A DNA stretch of 64,000 nt from an uncultured bacterium (GCA_905215115.1 CAJMOP010000001.1:2797-66796); one strand, 5' to 3'; positions 1-12,570 are shown, counted from the first letter of the stretch. Numbers and translations are program-made. Notes: generated from the letters alone by a model not told the origin.

Positions 1-990
<990 letters not shown>

Positions 991-994
991 TGAA

Positions 995-1028
995 CAGGCC
1001 CCGAGTTCCCTGTGGAGCTTGGGGCCTG
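995..1028. terminator. Hairpin between convergent uvrB and the FAD-protein gene (candidate bidirectional terminator)
   Basis: CAGGCCCCGAG / CTTGGGGCCTG stem (one G:T), followed by TGTCTTTTG on the + strand. Confidence 0.5.
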
Positions 1029-1055
1029 TGTCTTTTGCGCGCTGGAATTCGTGCG

Positions 1056-2696
1056 TTAGAGGTCTGCGATCAGGGCTTCGGCACAACGGATGCCGTCGGT
1101 GGCCGCGCTCATGATGCCGCCGGCATATCCAGCTCCCTCACCACAAGGGTAGAGGCCCGGGGTCGACACGGCATGGCACGTTCGGTCTCGGGTGACAGTG
1201 ACCGGTGAGCTCGAACGAGTCTCCACGCCGGTAAGAACGGCATCGGGGCAGTCGTAGCCGCGTAGCTTTTTTCCGAGTAGGGGAAGTCCCAGGCGGAGCG
1301 ACTCGATGATATGCTGCGGCAGGGCTTCGTCAATTGCCGTCCAGGTCACACCGAGCGGATAGGTGGGCTTTACCTTTCCGGGCGCCTTACTGGCGCGTCC
1401 TGCGAGGAAATCTCCGACAAGCTGTGCTGGTGCGTTCCAGTTGGAACCGCCCAGGCGATAGGCGGCCGCCTCGCAGGCACGCTGGAGCTCGATGCCGGCG
1501 AGCGGGTCATTGTTGGGAAGGTCCTCAGGCGTGACGTTAACGAGCAGGGCGGCATTTGCGTTGCGTCCGTCGCGGGCATTGAGACTGGCCCCGTTGACGC
1601 ACAGATGGCACGGTTCTGAAGAGGCGGCAACAACCTGTCCGCCGGGGCACATACAAAACGAGAACACGCTGCGGCCGTTGGGAAGATGGGCAACAAGTTT
1701 GTAGGGGGCCGCCCCGAGCGCTGGATGTCCCGCCGAGGCTCCATATTGGGCTCGGTCGATGTCGCGTTGCGGATGCTCGATGCGAACGCCCATGGCAAAG
1801 GTCTTTTGTGCGAGGGCCACGTTGTGGTCCTTAAGGAGCTCAAAAATATCGCGAGCAGAATGCCCGCAGGCGAGGATGAGGTGCTTTGTCTCGATTGACT
1901 CGTAAGCGGCGTCTTGGGACGATTGGACATCAATGCCGGTGATGGCGCCAGACGCGTCGATGCGAATGTCGACGAGCTTCGTTCGATAACGGACGACACC
2001 TCCGAGCTGCTCGATGCGCTGGGATATAGCGGTGACAACCTTGGGAAGGATGTCGGAGCCAATGTGCGGCTTGGCATCCCACAGAATATCGCGGGGCGCA
2101 CCCGCCTCGACGAAGGTTTCGAGGATAAGACGATGGGCGGGATTTTTTGTTCCCGTATTGAGCTTGCCGTCCGAGAAGGTCCCCGCGCCGCCCAGACCAA
2201 ACTGGATATTGCTCTCGGGGTCGAGGATGCGCTCCTTTAGAAAGAGGTCGATCGCCCGCGAGCGGCGAAATGCCGGGTCGCCGCGCTCGATGAGCAAGGG
2301 CTTAAGACCTGCTTCGGCGAGCGTAAGCGCAGCGAAAAGGCCGGCGCATCCGGCGCCGACAACGACAGGGCGTTCTTGAGGTGCGTCGGAGGCGGGGGAG
2401 GGGAATGAAGGCTCATAGTCTTCTATCGCGCGTACGCGCGAGCGGTCACGCTCGGCAACGCTGTCGATCGCTTCTCGCTCGAGGTGGGGACTAGTCAGCT
2501 CAACACGAAAGCTCAGGATAAAATGGACGTCTCGTTTTTTGCGAGCGTCGATTGACTTGCGGTGGAGCTCGATGGACTTGATCTCGGAGTCCTTGCAACG
2601 TAGGACGCACTTGGCGACTCGCTTGCCAACAATGAGACAGGCATTTTCATCGCCGGCTTCATCGAGCGACGCGTTGACTTGGGTGATTTCAATCAT
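1056..2696 (-). CDS. FAD-dependent dehydrogenase (COG2509-like NAD(FAD)-utilizing protein)
   Basis: Rossmann motif VVVGAGCAGLFAAL. Start set at ATG 2696 (MIEITQV), preceded by AAGGAG. The longer ORF-track start has no RBS. Confidence 0.75.
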   Translation of the reverse strand: MIEITQVNASLDEAGDENACLIVGKRVAKCVLRCKDSEIKSIELHRKSIDARKKRDVHFILSFRVELTSPHLEREAIDSVAERDRSRVRAIEDYEPSFPSPASDAPQERPVVVGAGCAGLFAALTLAEAGLKPLLIERGDPAFRRSRAIDLFLKERILDPESNIQFGLGGAGTFSDGKLNTGTKNPAHRLILETFVEAGAPRDILWDAKPHIGSDILPKVVTAISQRIEQLGGVVRYRTKLVDIRIDASGAITGIDVQSSQDAAYESIETKHLILACGHSARDIFELLKDHNVALAQKTFAMGVRIEHPQRDIDRAQYGASAGHPALGAAPYKLVAHLPNGRSVFSFCMCPGGQVVAASSEPCHLCVNGASLNARDGRNANAALLVNVTPEDLPNNDPLAGIELQRACEAAAYRLGGSNWNAPAQLVGDFLAGRASKAPGKVKPTYPLGVTWTAIDEALPQHIIESLRLGLPLLGKKLRGYDCPDAVLTGVETRSSSPVTVTRDRTCHAVSTPGLYPCGEGAGYAGGIMSAATDGIRCAEALIADL

Positions 2697-2776
2697 CGAG
2701 GTCTCCTTAGAGGCAAGAAAGAGGCCGTCCGGTATCCCAGACGGCCCGAATGCGTTTTTGATTATAGACTGCGCGG

Positions 2777-4048
2777 CTACAGGCTGCTTGCAGCGCGAAT
2801 GCCCGAGATCCAGGCCCACGCAAGGTTAAAGCCTCCGCAATCGGCGTCGATGTCGAGCGCTTCACCGCAGACGTAAAGCGGGGCGTCGACAACGCTGCGC
2901 GCGCGTAGGCTGGGTGTTGAGATGCTCTCGACAAATATGCCACCACGCGTGACCTGTGCTGAGCGCTCCTCGGCTGTTCCCTCGACGAGCAACTTAAAGT
3001 GTTTGAGGATCGAGACCAGGTGGATGACATCGTTGGAGCCTGGATGGCACTGCTCGAACGCTGTGCAGACGACGCGGGAGAGTTGCGGGGCGAGCATGCC
3101 GTCGAGCCAACGGGGATCGCGGGGTGAAAAGCGGCCGAGCAGTTCAACGCGTCGGTTGAGCGTATCGAGCAGCTCGTCTTTGGAGAGGTCGGGGAAAACG
3201 TCGAGCAGGATCGTATCGCCGTGCTGGATACGACGAGAGAGGTTGAAGACAGCGACACCCGAGATACCGAAGGTTCGAAACAGCACTTCACCGTCTTCGT
3301 GCCAGAGCTCATTATGATTGCGGGCGAGCGTCAAGCGGGCACGGACGCGCAGGCCATCCAACGTCTTGAATGCCGCCCGATCGCCAACGACCGTTGCCGA
3401 TACGGGGCAGAGGATGGGGCGCAGTGAAGTGAGGGGGAGGCTAAACGTATCGGCGATACCGGTGGGGTTGCCGCCCGTGGCGATAATTACGGCATGTGCC
3501 TGCAGGGCCTCGTTCTTGCGAGGGACATCGGCGAGCGCTTTCCGAAGCGAGCGGAGCTCCGATTTTCGGTCGTCGTGCTTTTTTGCCTTGAGTGCCCGCG
3601 CTGGACGGTCTATTTGGAGTGTCCAGCCCTCGGGAGCTTTGTGCGCCATGGCAACGTTGGCTCCGCAGATTAAGGTGACGCCCAGACGATCACAAACGTT
3701 GAGAAGCGCGTCGCGCACCGATTCGGCGCGGAGGGAGCGTGGGTACAGTCGACCTTCCTCGGAGGTTGTCATGATGCCCAGCGAGGAGAAGAAACCCATA
3801 AGCTCTTGTTCGGGCTGGGGGCCCATGACGGATGTGACGAATGCTGGGTGGTTATACCGCTGAGGATCGATCGATTCGTTGGAGAGGTTGCAGCGGCCGT
3901 TACCGGTCGCAAGGAGCTTAAGGCCGCAGGCGACATCGCGCTCAACGATGCAGACGCTTTTGCCAGCGCGTGCGGCCGTAATGGCGGCGGCGAGGCCTGA
4001 AGCCCCGCCGCCGATTACCAAGACGTCATAGAGGGCGCTCGCGTTCAC
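2777..4048 (-). CDS. HI0933/YhiN/BaiN-like NAD(P)/FAD-dependent flavoprotein
   Basis: N-terminal YDVLVIGGGASGLAAA and GNGRCNLSN motifs are typical of this family. Its start abuts the stop of the upstream Mrp gene. Confidence 0.8.
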   Translation of the reverse strand: MNASALYDVLVIGGGASGLAAAITAARAGKSVCIVERDVACGLKLLATGNGRCNLSNESIDPQRYNHPAFVTSVMGPQPEQELMGFFSSLGIMTTSEEGRLYPRSLRAESVRDALLNVCDRLGVTLICGANVAMAHKAPEGWTLQIDRPARALKAKKHDDRKSELRSLRKALADVPRKNEALQAHAVIIATGGNPTGIADTFSLPLTSLRPILCPVSATVVGDRAAFKTLDGLRVRARLTLARNHNELWHEDGEVLFRTFGISGVAVFNLSRRIQHGDTILLDVFPDLSKDELLDTLNRRVELLGRFSPRDPRWLDGMLAPQLSRVVCTAFEQCHPGSNDVIHLVSILKHFKLLVEGTAEERSAQVTRGGIFVESISTPSLRARSVVDAPLYVCGEALDIDADCGGFNLAWAWISGIRAASSL

Positions 4049-4879
4049 TTAGGCCTCGTCGGTCTCGTGCGGGGTAATAGCCTCGACGGCAGAGACCGCC
4101 TTGGGCAACATGCCATCGGGCAGCGCGGTCTCGACCTCGCCCTTATCGCAGGCCTCGGCGAGTGCCGGATTAATGGGAAGCTGGCCCAAGATGTCGAGGT
4201 TATAGCGCTCTGCGACCTCGGGGAGCTTGCTCTTGCCAAAGACCTCGATCTTCTTGCCGCAGTCGGGGCACTCAATATAGCTCATGTTCTCGACAATGCC
4301 CAGAATGGGGACGTTCATCTTCTCGGCCATGTTGACCGCCTTGGCGACGATCATCGAGACCAGATCCTGCGGGCTCGTGACGATGACGATGCCGTCGACC
4401 GGCAGCGACTGGAAGACGGTGAGCGCGACGTCGCCTGTTCCCGGAGGCATGTCGACCAGCAGGTAGTCGATGGGGCCCCACGAGGTCTCGCTCCAGAACT
4501 GCCTAATGGCGCCTGCGATGACCGGACCGCGCCAAAGGACGGGGTCGGTCTCGTTTTGGAGCAGCAGGTTGGAGCTCATGACCTTGACGCCGTGCTCGGA
4601 GATTTCGGGCAGCATAAGGTTGCCAAGGGCATGGACGTGGCGTCCACTCATACCGAACATCTTGGGGATAGAGGGACCGGTGATGTCGGCATCGAGGACG
4701 CCGACCTTGTGGCCGTGACGGGCAAGCTCGGTGGCGATGGCACCGGTGACAAATGACTTGCCGACACCGCCCTTGCCGGAAAGCACGGCGATGACGCGCT
4801 TGACCTCGGACAGCGTGTTCTCCTCAAATTGCGACGGCGACGTTTGTCCGCCGGCGGCCTGTGCGTGTTCGCAACCCAT
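4049..4879 (-). CDS. Mrp/NBP35/ApbC-family Fe-S cluster carrier ATPase
   Basis: Deviant Walker A LSGKGGVGKS, DADITGPS, and a C-terminal ECPDCGKK Cys pair. Start at ATG 4879, preceded by AAGGAG. Confidence 0.85.
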   Translation of the reverse strand: MGCEHAQAAGGQTSPSQFEENTLSEVKRVIAVLSGKGGVGKSFVTGAIATELARHGHKVGVLDADITGPSIPKMFGMSGRHVHALGNLMLPEISEHGVKVMSSNLLLQNETDPVLWRGPVIAGAIRQFWSETSWGPIDYLLVDMPPGTGDVALTVFQSLPVDGIVIVTSPQDLVSMIVAKAVNMAEKMNVPILGIVENMSYIECPDCGKKIEVFGKSKLPEVAERYNLDILGQLPINPALAEACDKGEVETALPDGMLPKAVSAVEAITPHETDEA

Positions 4880-5024
4880 GTATGACTCCTTTGTATATGC
4901 TGGGGCCGGGGCCCCGCGATGTGACACGAGCGTCATTGTACCCTCGTTTGCGAGCGGGAGTCATTTGCGATGCGTTTGGGCCGAGCGTGCTTGCAATACG
5001 ATGGGCCCAAGCGAATGGGCGGGC

Positions 5025-7178
5025 TTACTGAACTTTGCTGGCGAACTCGAGGTATTGCATGCGCTGCAGCTTGTCGATCGTCGAGGCGTAGGGGCTGTCT
5101 TCCGATTCCAAGTCGTAGCGCAGCCCGTCGGCACCGAGATAGCCGGCGACATTGATGGTGGGCACATCTGACCTTGTCGCAAGCAGGGCCTTTTGGTAAT
5201 TGGTGAGCGGGGCGCCGATCTTATTAAGGGTAATGGCTGCAATCTCGTTTGCCCCGACGGTGTCGTAGACGTTGAGCTCGGTATTGCCGGCGATCTCATA
5301 GTTAGCCCAGACGAGATATGTCGACTGATAGATACGGAAAGCGTGGCTTGCCGTATCTTCCTGAGGGTACAGCTCGTCGTTGAGAGTCGTTGCGGCGCTC
5401 GGCTGATGGTCGCCAAAAAAGACAAGAACAACCGGTCTGCCGATGTTGCGGAGCTCGTTGATAAAGTACTCGAGGTCCCGGTCGGATGCGTTGATGCAGG
5501 TGAGATAGGTGTTGAGCGCGCTGTTGGCGCCTTCGCTGGCTCCCTCGACCCAATAGTTTGTCAGCTCTTCGGCGGGAACGGTGCCATAGTCGTAGCCGCC
5601 GTGATTTTGCATCGTGACGTCAAAGATGAACTGCGGCGCTTCGTCGGTTCTAAGCAGGTCGAGTATCTTGTCGTAGGTGGCGTAGTCGCATACGCCGGCA
5701 TGGTAATAGGGCGCACCTTCGAAATCGCCGATTGAAAGAAAGTCTCCAAAGCCCAGCTGCTGATAGATTTTATCTCGATGGTAGTTGACGGGGTTTTGCG
5801 GGTGCATAGCGGTAGTGGTATACCCAAGCTCTTTAAGGTCCTTTGCCAGGCTGTTTACGCCATTCATCTGATACAGCTGATAGGGGATCTTGCCTAATCC
5901 GACAAAGGCCGTTGTCGCTCCGGTCAAAAATTCGAATTCGGAGTTCGCCGTTCCGCCACCGGCGACCGAAGCGAGCATGGTGCCGCGAACAAGTGTGTCG
6001 GGAAGCGAGTTGTAGAATGCGGGGCCGGAGTACCCGGCCGCCTGGAGCTGCTCAAAGCACGAAAGGTCGCTAAAACTCTCGTTCATGACGGCAACAATCG
6101 TCGGCTTGATTTCATTGAACTGGGCAACGGCCGCCGCGCGCTGTTCGCTCGAGCCATATGTGCTGTCGTAGACGGCGGCGAGCTCCTGCTCGATGCTCTG
6201 CGCCTCATCGGGCGTATAGTCTTCGGGCTTCTCAATGGGCAACTCGTTGACCATTTCGGTGAACGAAGTGATAAAACCCTGAGACGCATACGTGGTGATG
6301 GGCTGCCAACGGTCAAATCCAAAATCCAGCGCCTGCTCCAAGTCGATGTTGGAAAAGCCTGAGAGCCCCACAACGGTCACTAGCAGAAAAGCACAGAGGT
6401 TAGCGGCGATAGCGGGGAAGACATGGGTGGGCGTACGGAGCTTTCGCGGTCGGATGAGCGAAAGAAGCCCCAGGGAAATCTCCAGCAGGGCGAGAGAGGT
6501 TACGATTCCGGCGGTAAAGGTAAACTCGTATCCCTCGCTGACTTCCATTGCGGTGCCAAGGGCCAAGATATCGCTTGGCAGGATGGCTTCGCCTTTAAAC
6601 GTTATGACGAAGTGCTCGGCAATGCCAAGGATGCAGCAGACGACGGGCACGAGAGCCATGACGCCTCCATGACGCTGTCCCAGCAAATAAAGGGAGAGCA
6701 GAACCGTCGCGAGCAGCCCGACGGAAAACCCGAATGAGTTGGCGGGAATGCGATAGAACGTTTCGTTGCAGGCAATTTCGAGTGAAACGAACGAGAGCGC
6801 TGAAACAGCGGCGATGACAAGGATGTCACGGCAAATACAGGCAACCGTTCCCGTCGCAAGGTCGGTTTGGTCGATAAGTCCCGAAACCAAGGGCTCGACA
6901 AGAAGCATGACGGCGACAGCACCGAGCGCCGAATAAGAAAGGATCCATAGGGAGCTGCCCTCATTTACGAGCAATTGATTCGTAATCCATGCAGCTACCA
7001 CGCCGAGCGGGACGAGGAGCGTCGCGCACCAAAAGACGCGGGCAATGGGTGGCTTTTCGTTGCGTTTGATTGAAAAATACACGCGCACGACGACGGCGGC
7101 CACGATAAGGACGGCGATGAATATGGGCAGATTGGCCATGTCGCTCGAAGTGATTTCAAGGGGGATATCTTCGGTCAT
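5025..7178 (-). CDS. LTA synthase / sulfatase-family membrane protein (phosphoglycerol-transferase-like)
   Basis: Multi-TM N-terminal half plus a large extracytoplasmic alkaline-phosphatase/sulfatase-like domain. Start at ATG 7178 (MTEDIPL), preceded by GAGGAA. Confidence 0.7.
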   Translation of the reverse strand: MTEDIPLEITSSDMANLPIFIAVLIVAAVVVRVYFSIKRNEKPPIARVFWCATLLVPLGVVAAWITNQLLVNEGSSLWILSYSALGAVAVMLLVEPLVSGLIDQTDLATGTVACICRDILVIAAVSALSFVSLEIACNETFYRIPANSFGFSVGLLATVLLSLYLLGQRHGGVMALVPVVCCILGIAEHFVITFKGEAILPSDILALGTAMEVSEGYEFTFTAGIVTSLALLEISLGLLSLIRPRKLRTPTHVFPAIAANLCAFLLVTVVGLSGFSNIDLEQALDFGFDRWQPITTYASQGFITSFTEMVNELPIEKPEDYTPDEAQSIEQELAAVYDSTYGSSEQRAAAVAQFNEIKPTIVAVMNESFSDLSCFEQLQAAGYSGPAFYNSLPDTLVRGTMLASVAGGGTANSEFEFLTGATTAFVGLGKIPYQLYQMNGVNSLAKDLKELGYTTTAMHPQNPVNYHRDKIYQQLGFGDFLSIGDFEGAPYYHAGVCDYATYDKILDLLRTDEAPQFIFDVTMQNHGGYDYGTVPAEELTNYWVEGASEGANSALNTYLTCINASDRDLEYFINELRNIGRPVVLVFFGDHQPSAATTLNDELYPQEDTASHAFRIYQSTYLVWANYEIAGNTELNVYDTVGANEIAAITLNKIGAPLTNYQKALLATRSDVPTINVAGYLGADGLRYDLESEDSPYASTIDKLQRMQYLEFASKVQ

Positions 7179-7296
7179 GGACGTTCCTCTGGTACAGCAA
7201 ATTAAGTTCAGTATTAGATTACTGTAACCTTTCCACGGCATTTCGAGAAACAAAGCACCCGATACGCAAAGCTAAAGGTCTGCGAATCTTGTATTA

Positions 7297-7310
7297 CGAA
7301 CATCTGTGCG
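7297..7310. promoter_or_regulatory. Weak candidate LexA (SOS) box upstream of uvrA
   Basis: CGAACATCTGTGCG resembles GAAC-N4-GTTC with one core mismatch. It lies about 62 nt upstream of the uvrA ATG. Confidence 0.2.
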
Positions 7311-7371
7311 CGTCGAGTGCGCTAAACTCATCGGCAGTATGATTCGATGCAATAGGAGGCAAGGAGCTTCC

Positions 7372-10251
7372 ATGTCTGATTCTTCTATCGTTATTCGCGG
7401 CGCCCGTGAGCACAACCTCCGTGATATCGATGTTTCCATTCCGCGTGACCAACTCGTGGTCATTACCGGTCTTTCTGGCTCGGGCAAGAGTTCGCTGGCA
7501 TTTGACACTATCTATGCCGAGGGCCAGCGTCGATACGTCGAGAGTCTTTCGAGCTATGCGCGCCAGTTCTTGGGACAGATGGACAAACCCGACTTGGATT
7601 CAATCGACGGCCTTTCGCCGGCGGTGTCGATCGACCAAAAGACGACGTCTAAAAACCCTCGCTCGACGGTTGGCACCGTAACCGAGATTTATGACTATCT
7701 GCGCCTGCTGTTCGCCCGTGTGGGCACCCCGCACTGTCCCGAATGCGGCCGTGTCATTGAGCGCCAGACGACCGACCAGGTTGCCGACAAGGTCTTGACG
7801 GCGGGGGAGGGCCGCCGCGCGTTTGTGCTGGCACCGGTGGTGCGCGGGCGAAAAGGCGAGTACACCAAACTGTTTGAGGATCTTCGCGCCGAGGGCTTTA
7901 GCCGCGTGCGTGTCGACGGTGAAGTGCGCTCGCTCGACGATCCGATCGATCTGGACAAGAAGTTCAAGCACGATATCGAGGTCGTGGTCGACCGCATCGT
8001 GATCCGTGAGAACTCTCTGGGCCGTATCGCCGAGTCTGTTGAGCAGGCGACCGTGCTGGCGCACGGCAATGTGAACGTATACTTGCTGCCCGACCGCGAC
8101 GCTCCCGAGGGGACCGAAGGCGAGTTGCTGGAGTATTCGCTGGCGTTAGCGTGCCCGGAGCATGGGCACTCCATCGATGACCTGCAGCCGCGTGATTTCT
8201 CGTTCAACGCGCCCTATGGCGCGTGCCCAGAGTGCGATGGCCTGGGCTTTAAGAAGACGGTCGATGCCGAGGCCCTAATCGAAGACCCCTCGAAGTCGAT
8301 CGCCGACGGGGTCTTTGGCAGCCTGTTTGGCAACTCTAACTACTATCCACAGATTTTCGCTGCGGTCTGCAAACACTTTAAGGTGAGCGTCGATACGCCG
8401 TGGGAGGATCTGCCTCCGCGGGTGCGTCGCGCGTTTTTAGACGGCATGGGCGACCAGAAGATTTCGGTCGACTATCAAAAGCTCGATGGGCGCCGCAGCC
8501 AGTGGGACACCAAGTTCTCGGGCGTGCGCAATATCCTGTACGAGCGCTATACCGAGACGACGAATGAGAACACCAAGGCGCGCTTGGAGAAGTACATCCG
8601 CGAGGAGCCGTGCTCGAGCTGCCACGGCGCTCGTTTGCGCCCCGAGATGCTCGCCGTCACCGTGGGCGGCAAGTCCATTTACGAGGTCTGCTGCCTATCG
8701 TGCCGTGAGTCGCTCGAGTTTTTTGAGGGCCTGGAACTCACCGAGCGCCAACAGTTTATCGGCGGGCGCATCGTCAAGGAAATCCTGGAGCGCTTGCGTT
8801 TTCTGGTCGATGTCGGACTCGACTATCTGACCCTCGATCGTGCCTCGGCGACGCTTTCCGGAGGCGAGGCCCAGCGCATTCGCCTGGCAACGCAGATCGG
8901 CGCCGGCCTCATGGGTGTCCTGTACATTTTGGACGAGCCATCGATTGGCCTCCATCAGCGCGATAACGAGCGCCTGATCAAGACGCTTGAGCGCCTACGC
9001 GATATCGGCAATACCGTCATCGTCGTCGAGCATGATGAGGATACGATTCGTGCTGCCGACTATGTGATCGACATGGGCCCCGGCGCGGGCGTGAACGGCG
9101 GACACGTAGTCGCGGCGGGAACGCCTGCCGATATCATGGCGTGTCCCGAGTCGATGACGGGCGCTTATCTGACCGACAAACGAATGATCCGGGTTCCCGA
9201 TGAACGCCGCAAGCCCGGTCGCGGCCGCCTTAAGATCACGGGCGCCCGCGCCAACAACCTCAAAAACGTTACCGCCAAGATCGAGTTTGGTACGCTTACG
9301 GTTGTTACCGGCGTGTCGGGATCGGGTAAGAGCTCCCTGGTTACCGATACCATCGCACCTGCCCTTACGAATGCCATTCATCGTTCGACGCGTCCTGTGG
9401 GCCCGTATAAGAAAATCGAGGGCATCGAGTGCATCGATAAGGTTATCGATATCGACCAGTCGCCGATTGGCCGCACGCCGCGTTCCAACCCTGCTACGTA
9501 CATTGGCCTGTGGGATGATCTGCGCGCGCTGTTTGCGAGCACACCGGAGTCGAAGGCGCGCGGCTACTCGCCGGGTCGTTTCTCCTTTAATGTGAGTGGC
9601 GGGCGCTGTGAGGCGTGCAAGGGCGACGGACAGATCAAGATCGAGATGCACTTCCTTCCCGATATCTATGTCCCCTGTGAGGTCTGCGGCGGTAAACGCT
9701 ACAACCGCGAGACGCTTGAGGTCACCTACCGTGGCAAGACCATCTCGGACGTGCTCGACATGAGCGTCACCGAGGCGCTGGCCTTCTTTGGGAATATCCC
9801 GCAGATTAAGCGCAAGCTCCAGACGCTGTACGATGTAGGCTTGGGCTACGTGAGCCTGGGCCAGCCCGCCACGACGCTCTCGGGCGGCGAGGCGCAGCGT
9901 GTGAAGCTCGCCAAGGAGCTTCATCGACGCCAGACGGGCAAGACGTTCTATATTTTGGACGAGCCGACGACCGGCCTTCATTTTGAGGACGTCCGCCAGC
10001 TGCTCGATGTGCTGCAGCGCTTGGTCGATGCGGGCAACACGGTGCTGGTGATTGAACACAACCTTGATGTCATCAAGGTTGCCGACCGCCTAATCGATAT
10101 GGGCCCCGAGGGCGGTAACGGCGGCGGAACCGTCGTGGTTTCGGGCACACCGGAGCAGGTTGCGGACTGTCCGCAGAGTTATACGGGCAAGTTTTTGGCG
10201 CCGTTGCTCAGGCGTGACCGGGAGCGTCAGGCTCAACTTGATGCTCAATAA
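7372..10251 (+). CDS. uvrA: Excinuclease ABC subunit A
   Basis: Starts [16 protein letters not shown] after AGGAGG/AAGGAG. Two ABC ATPase modules ([22 protein letters not shown], two LSGGEAQR signatures) and zinc-finger Cys clusters. Confidence 0.97.
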   Translation: MSDSSIVIRGAREHNLRDIDVSIPRDQLVVITGLSGSGKSSLAFDTIYAEGQRRYVESLSSYARQFLGQMDKPDLDSIDGLSPAVSIDQKTTSKNPRSTVGTVTEIYDYLRLLFARVGTPHCPECGRVIERQTTDQVADKVLTAGEGRRAFVLAPVVRGRKGEYTKLFEDLRAEGFSRVRVDGEVRSLDDPIDLDKKFKHDIEVVVDRIVIRENSLGRIAESVEQATVLAHGNVNVYLLPDRDAPEGTEGELLEYSLALACPEHGHSIDDLQPRDFSFNAPYGACPECDGLGFKKTVDAEALIEDPSKSIADGVFGSLFGNSNYYPQIFAAVCKHFKVSVDTPWEDLPPRVRRAFLDGMGDQKISVDYQKLDGRRSQWDTKFSGVRNILYERYTETTNENTKARLEKYIREEPCSSCHGARLRPEMLAVTVGGKSIYEVCCLSCRESLEFFEGLELTERQQFIGGRIVKEILERLRFLVDVGLDYLTLDRASATLSGGEAQRIRLATQIGAGLMGVLYILDEPSIGLHQRDNERLIKTLERLRDIGNTVIVVEHDEDTIRAADYVIDMGPGAGVNGGHVVAAGTPADIMACPESMTGAYLTDKRMIRVPDERRKPGRGRLKITGARANNLKNVTAKIEFGTLTVVTGVSGSGKSSLVTDTIAPALTNAIHRSTRPVGPYKKIEGIECIDKVIDIDQSPIGRTPRSNPATYIGLWDDLRALFASTPESKARGYSPGRFSFNVSGGRCEACKGDGQIKIEMHFLPDIYVPCEVCGGKRYNRETLEVTYRGKTISDVLDMSVTEALAFFGNIPQIKRKLQTLYDVGLGYVSLGQPATTLSGGEAQRVKLAKELHRRQTGKTFYILDEPTTGLHFEDVRQLLDVLQRLVDAGNTVLVIEHNLDVIKVADRLIDMGPEGGNGGGTVVVSGTPEQVADCPQSYTGKFLAPLLRRDRERQAQLDAQ

Positions 10252-10383
10252 ATAGGCGATTCAGTTTATGGGCGCCATCGACTCCTTGTGATTCGATGGC
10301 GCTTGCTGTGTCGAAGTGACGTATGCAGCCGAATTGGACATATACTTAATCCTCGCGTCCGAATGCGAGGGAAAGGATATGTC

Positions 10384-10884
10384 ATGGCAAGGGCTGTAAA
10401 GACGCCAAAAACCAATGCGATGCGCGAGCTGGAAAGCGCCGACATTTCCTATGTTCTACATACGTACGAAGACGATGGTGATGAGTCGGCGGGCCTGGGG
10501 GTCGCGATTTCGGAGCAGCTTGGCGAGGAGCCCGGTCAAGGATTTAAGACCTTGGTCTGCGTGACGCCGTCCAACGACCACGTCGTGTGCTGCATCCCTG
10601 TTGCCGACGAGCTCGATCTAAAGTCCGCTGCGCGTGCCGCGGGGGAGAAGTCCTTGGCCATGATGCATGTGAAGGATTTGCTTGCGGCGACTGGCTACGT
10701 TCGCGGCGGCTGCAGTCCGGTCGGTATGAAAAAACGTTACCGGACGCTCATTGATGAGACATGTGTCCTTTGGGATACCATTTTTATTTCGGGAGGCAAG
10801 CGTGGTTATCAGCTCGAGCTTGCACCTGATGATTTAATTGCATTTTGCGGGGCGACGGTCGCCCCAATTACGAGAGAGGACTGA
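10384..10884 (+). CDS. ybaK: Cys-tRNA(Pro)/Cys-tRNA(Cys) deacylase, YbaK/EbsC family
   Basis: MARAVKTPKTNAMRELE... and CSPVGMKK are typical of the YbaK editing domain. ATG 10384 follows AAAGGA. Confidence 0.8.
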   Translation: MARAVKTPKTNAMRELESADISYVLHTYEDDGDESAGLGVAISEQLGEEPGQGFKTLVCVTPSNDHVVCCIPVADELDLKSAARAAGEKSLAMMHVKDLLAATGYVRGGCSPVGMKKRYRTLIDETCVLWDTIFISGGKRGYQLELAPDDLIAFCGATVAPITRED

Positions 10885-10887
10885 GCG

Positions 10888-12570
10888 ATGCCGCAGGAAG
10901 AATTGAAGTGCGGAGCTCATTTTGCAAAAGAATCTGCGCCTCAGACACCCTCATCCGAAACTTCTTCGTCGCGAGACGACACTGACGACATGGGCTCGTC
11001 GGACTACTCCACGGTTGGTCGTTCCGCCGGGCTTATGACCATCCTGACCATCGTGTCTCGCGTCACCGGTTTTATCCGCACGTGGGCAATGGCGGCCGCT
11101 ATCGGCATGTCGCTGCTCTCGTCTTCCTATCAGGTCGCCAACAACCTGCCCAATATGCTCTACGAACTCGTGATGGGCGGCATGCTCGTGACGGCGTTTT
11201 TGCCCGTGTACATGGGCGTGAGGCGTGAGCAGGGTCGCGAGGCCTCTAACGAGTACGTGGGCAACCTGCTCGGTATTCTGCTATTGGTGCTGGGTGGCAT
11301 TTCGTTGCTGGGGACCGTGTTCGCCCCGGGCTTTATCTGGACGCAATCGTTCCTTTCGGGTGACGGCGGCAGCATGGATACCGCTGCGTTCATGTTCCGT
11401 TTCTTTGCCATCCAGATTCTGTTTTATGGTTTGGGCTCGGTGTTTTCGGGCGTCCTCAACGCACACCGCGACTACTTCTGGTCGACGTTTGCCCCGGTCC
11501 TCAACAATGTGATCGTCATTGCGAGCTTTATGGGCTTTGCGCCCGTGTCCGCACAGTTTGGCGAACGTGCCGGCATCATCTTGATTGCGGCCGGTACGAC
11601 CCTCGGTGTCTTTGTTCAGATGGCATGTCAGATCCCCGCGCTTGGCAAGCACGGCGTGCATCCCCATATCCATATCGACTTTAAGGACCCCGCACTGCGC
11701 CAGACGATTGCGCTCGGTATCCCGACGCTGCTCGCCACGGTGTGCATGTTTGTCTCGACTTCTATCACCAACGCTGCTGCGCTGGTGGTCCAGCCCGAGA
11801 CTGGTCCTTCCGTCATCGCCTATGCGCGCCTGTGGTACACGCTGCCCTACGCGCTGATTGCCGCCTCGCTTTCGACGGCGCTCTATACCGAGCTCTCTCA
11901 CGACGCACAGGAGAAGGATTACGACAGCGTCCGCACGGGCATTTCGCGTGGCGTCGCCCAGATGCTGTTCTTCCTGATTCCATTCGCGCTGTACCTGATT
12001 GTCTTCGCGCGTCCGCTCAACATGATCTACTGCGCTGGCAAGTTCGATGAGTCCGGTGTGGCGCTGGTGTCGGAGTTCCTTATCTACCTGGCACTTTCCC
12101 TGCCGCTCTACGGCGTGGTCGTGCTGATGCAGAAGAGCTTCTCTGCCTTGCTCGACATGAAGCCCTATAGCCGCTATTGTCTGTATTCCGCCATCGGCCA
12201 GGCCGGCTCGGTTCTGCTGTTTGGCGTTGTGCTGGGCTTCGGTATGCCGGCAATCGCGCTTTCGTATGTCGTCGACTACGTGATCTTGGTCGGTTGCTCG
12301 CTGTGGTGGCTGCGTCGTCGTCTGCGTGGTCTTCAGGTTAAATCTATCCTGCATGGCGGTTTCTTTGGCCTTTTGCTCGGTGGCCTGGGTGCTGCCGCAG
12401 GCGCCGGCGTCATGTGGGCGCTTGAGCACTTTGTCGGGGCACTTGGCGGCTCGATTCTGATTACTCTTGGCTACGTTTGCGTTGCGGGTGTCGTCTCGCT
12501 TGCTGTTACCTTTGGCCTTGCCGTCGTCCTTAAGATGCCCGAGGTCTCGGCGCTGATTCGTCGCAAGTAG
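10888..12570 (+). CDS. murJ: Lipid II flippase MurJ/MviN
   Basis: Polytopic membrane protein with the VSRVTGFIRT N-terminal MurJ signature. RBS GAGAGGA. Confidence 0.85.
   Translation: MPQEELKCGAHFAKESAPQTPSSETSSSRDDTDDMGSSDYSTVGRSAGLMTILTIVSRVTGFIRTWAMAAAIGMSLLSSSYQVANNLPNMLYELVMGGMLVTAFLPVYMGVRREQGREASNEYVGNLLGILLLVLGGISLLGTVFAPGFIWTQSFLSGDGGSMDTAAFMFRFFAIQILFYGLGSVFSGVLNAHRDYFWSTFAPVLNNVIVIASFMGFAPVSAQFGERAGIILIAAGTTLGVFVQMACQIPALGKHGVHPHIHIDFKDPALRQTIALGIPTLLATVCMFVSTSITNAAALVVQPETGPSVIAYARLWYTLPYALIAASLSTALYTELSHDAQEKDYDSVRTGISRGVAQMLFFLIPFALYLIVFARPLNMIYCAGKFDESGVALVSEFLIYLALSLPLYGVVVLMQKSFSALLDMKPYSRYCLYSAIGQAGSVLLFGVVLGFGMPAIALSYVVDYVILVGCSLWWLRRRLRGLQVKSILHGGFFGLLLGGLGAAAGAGVMWALEHFVGALGGSILITLGYVCVAGVVSLAVTFGLAVVLKMPEVSALIRRK

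Noticed and set aside
7306-7371. Longer N-terminal extensions proposed by the ORF track for many genes: uvrA, ybaK, gap, pgk, tpiA, oppA, GH13, nrdD, slyD, metY, the acylphosphatase and others.
   Set aside because: In each case an internal ATG or GTG preceded by a good Shine-Dalgarno sequence coincides with the conserved N-terminus of the family. The extensions lack RBSs and overlap terminators or promoters.
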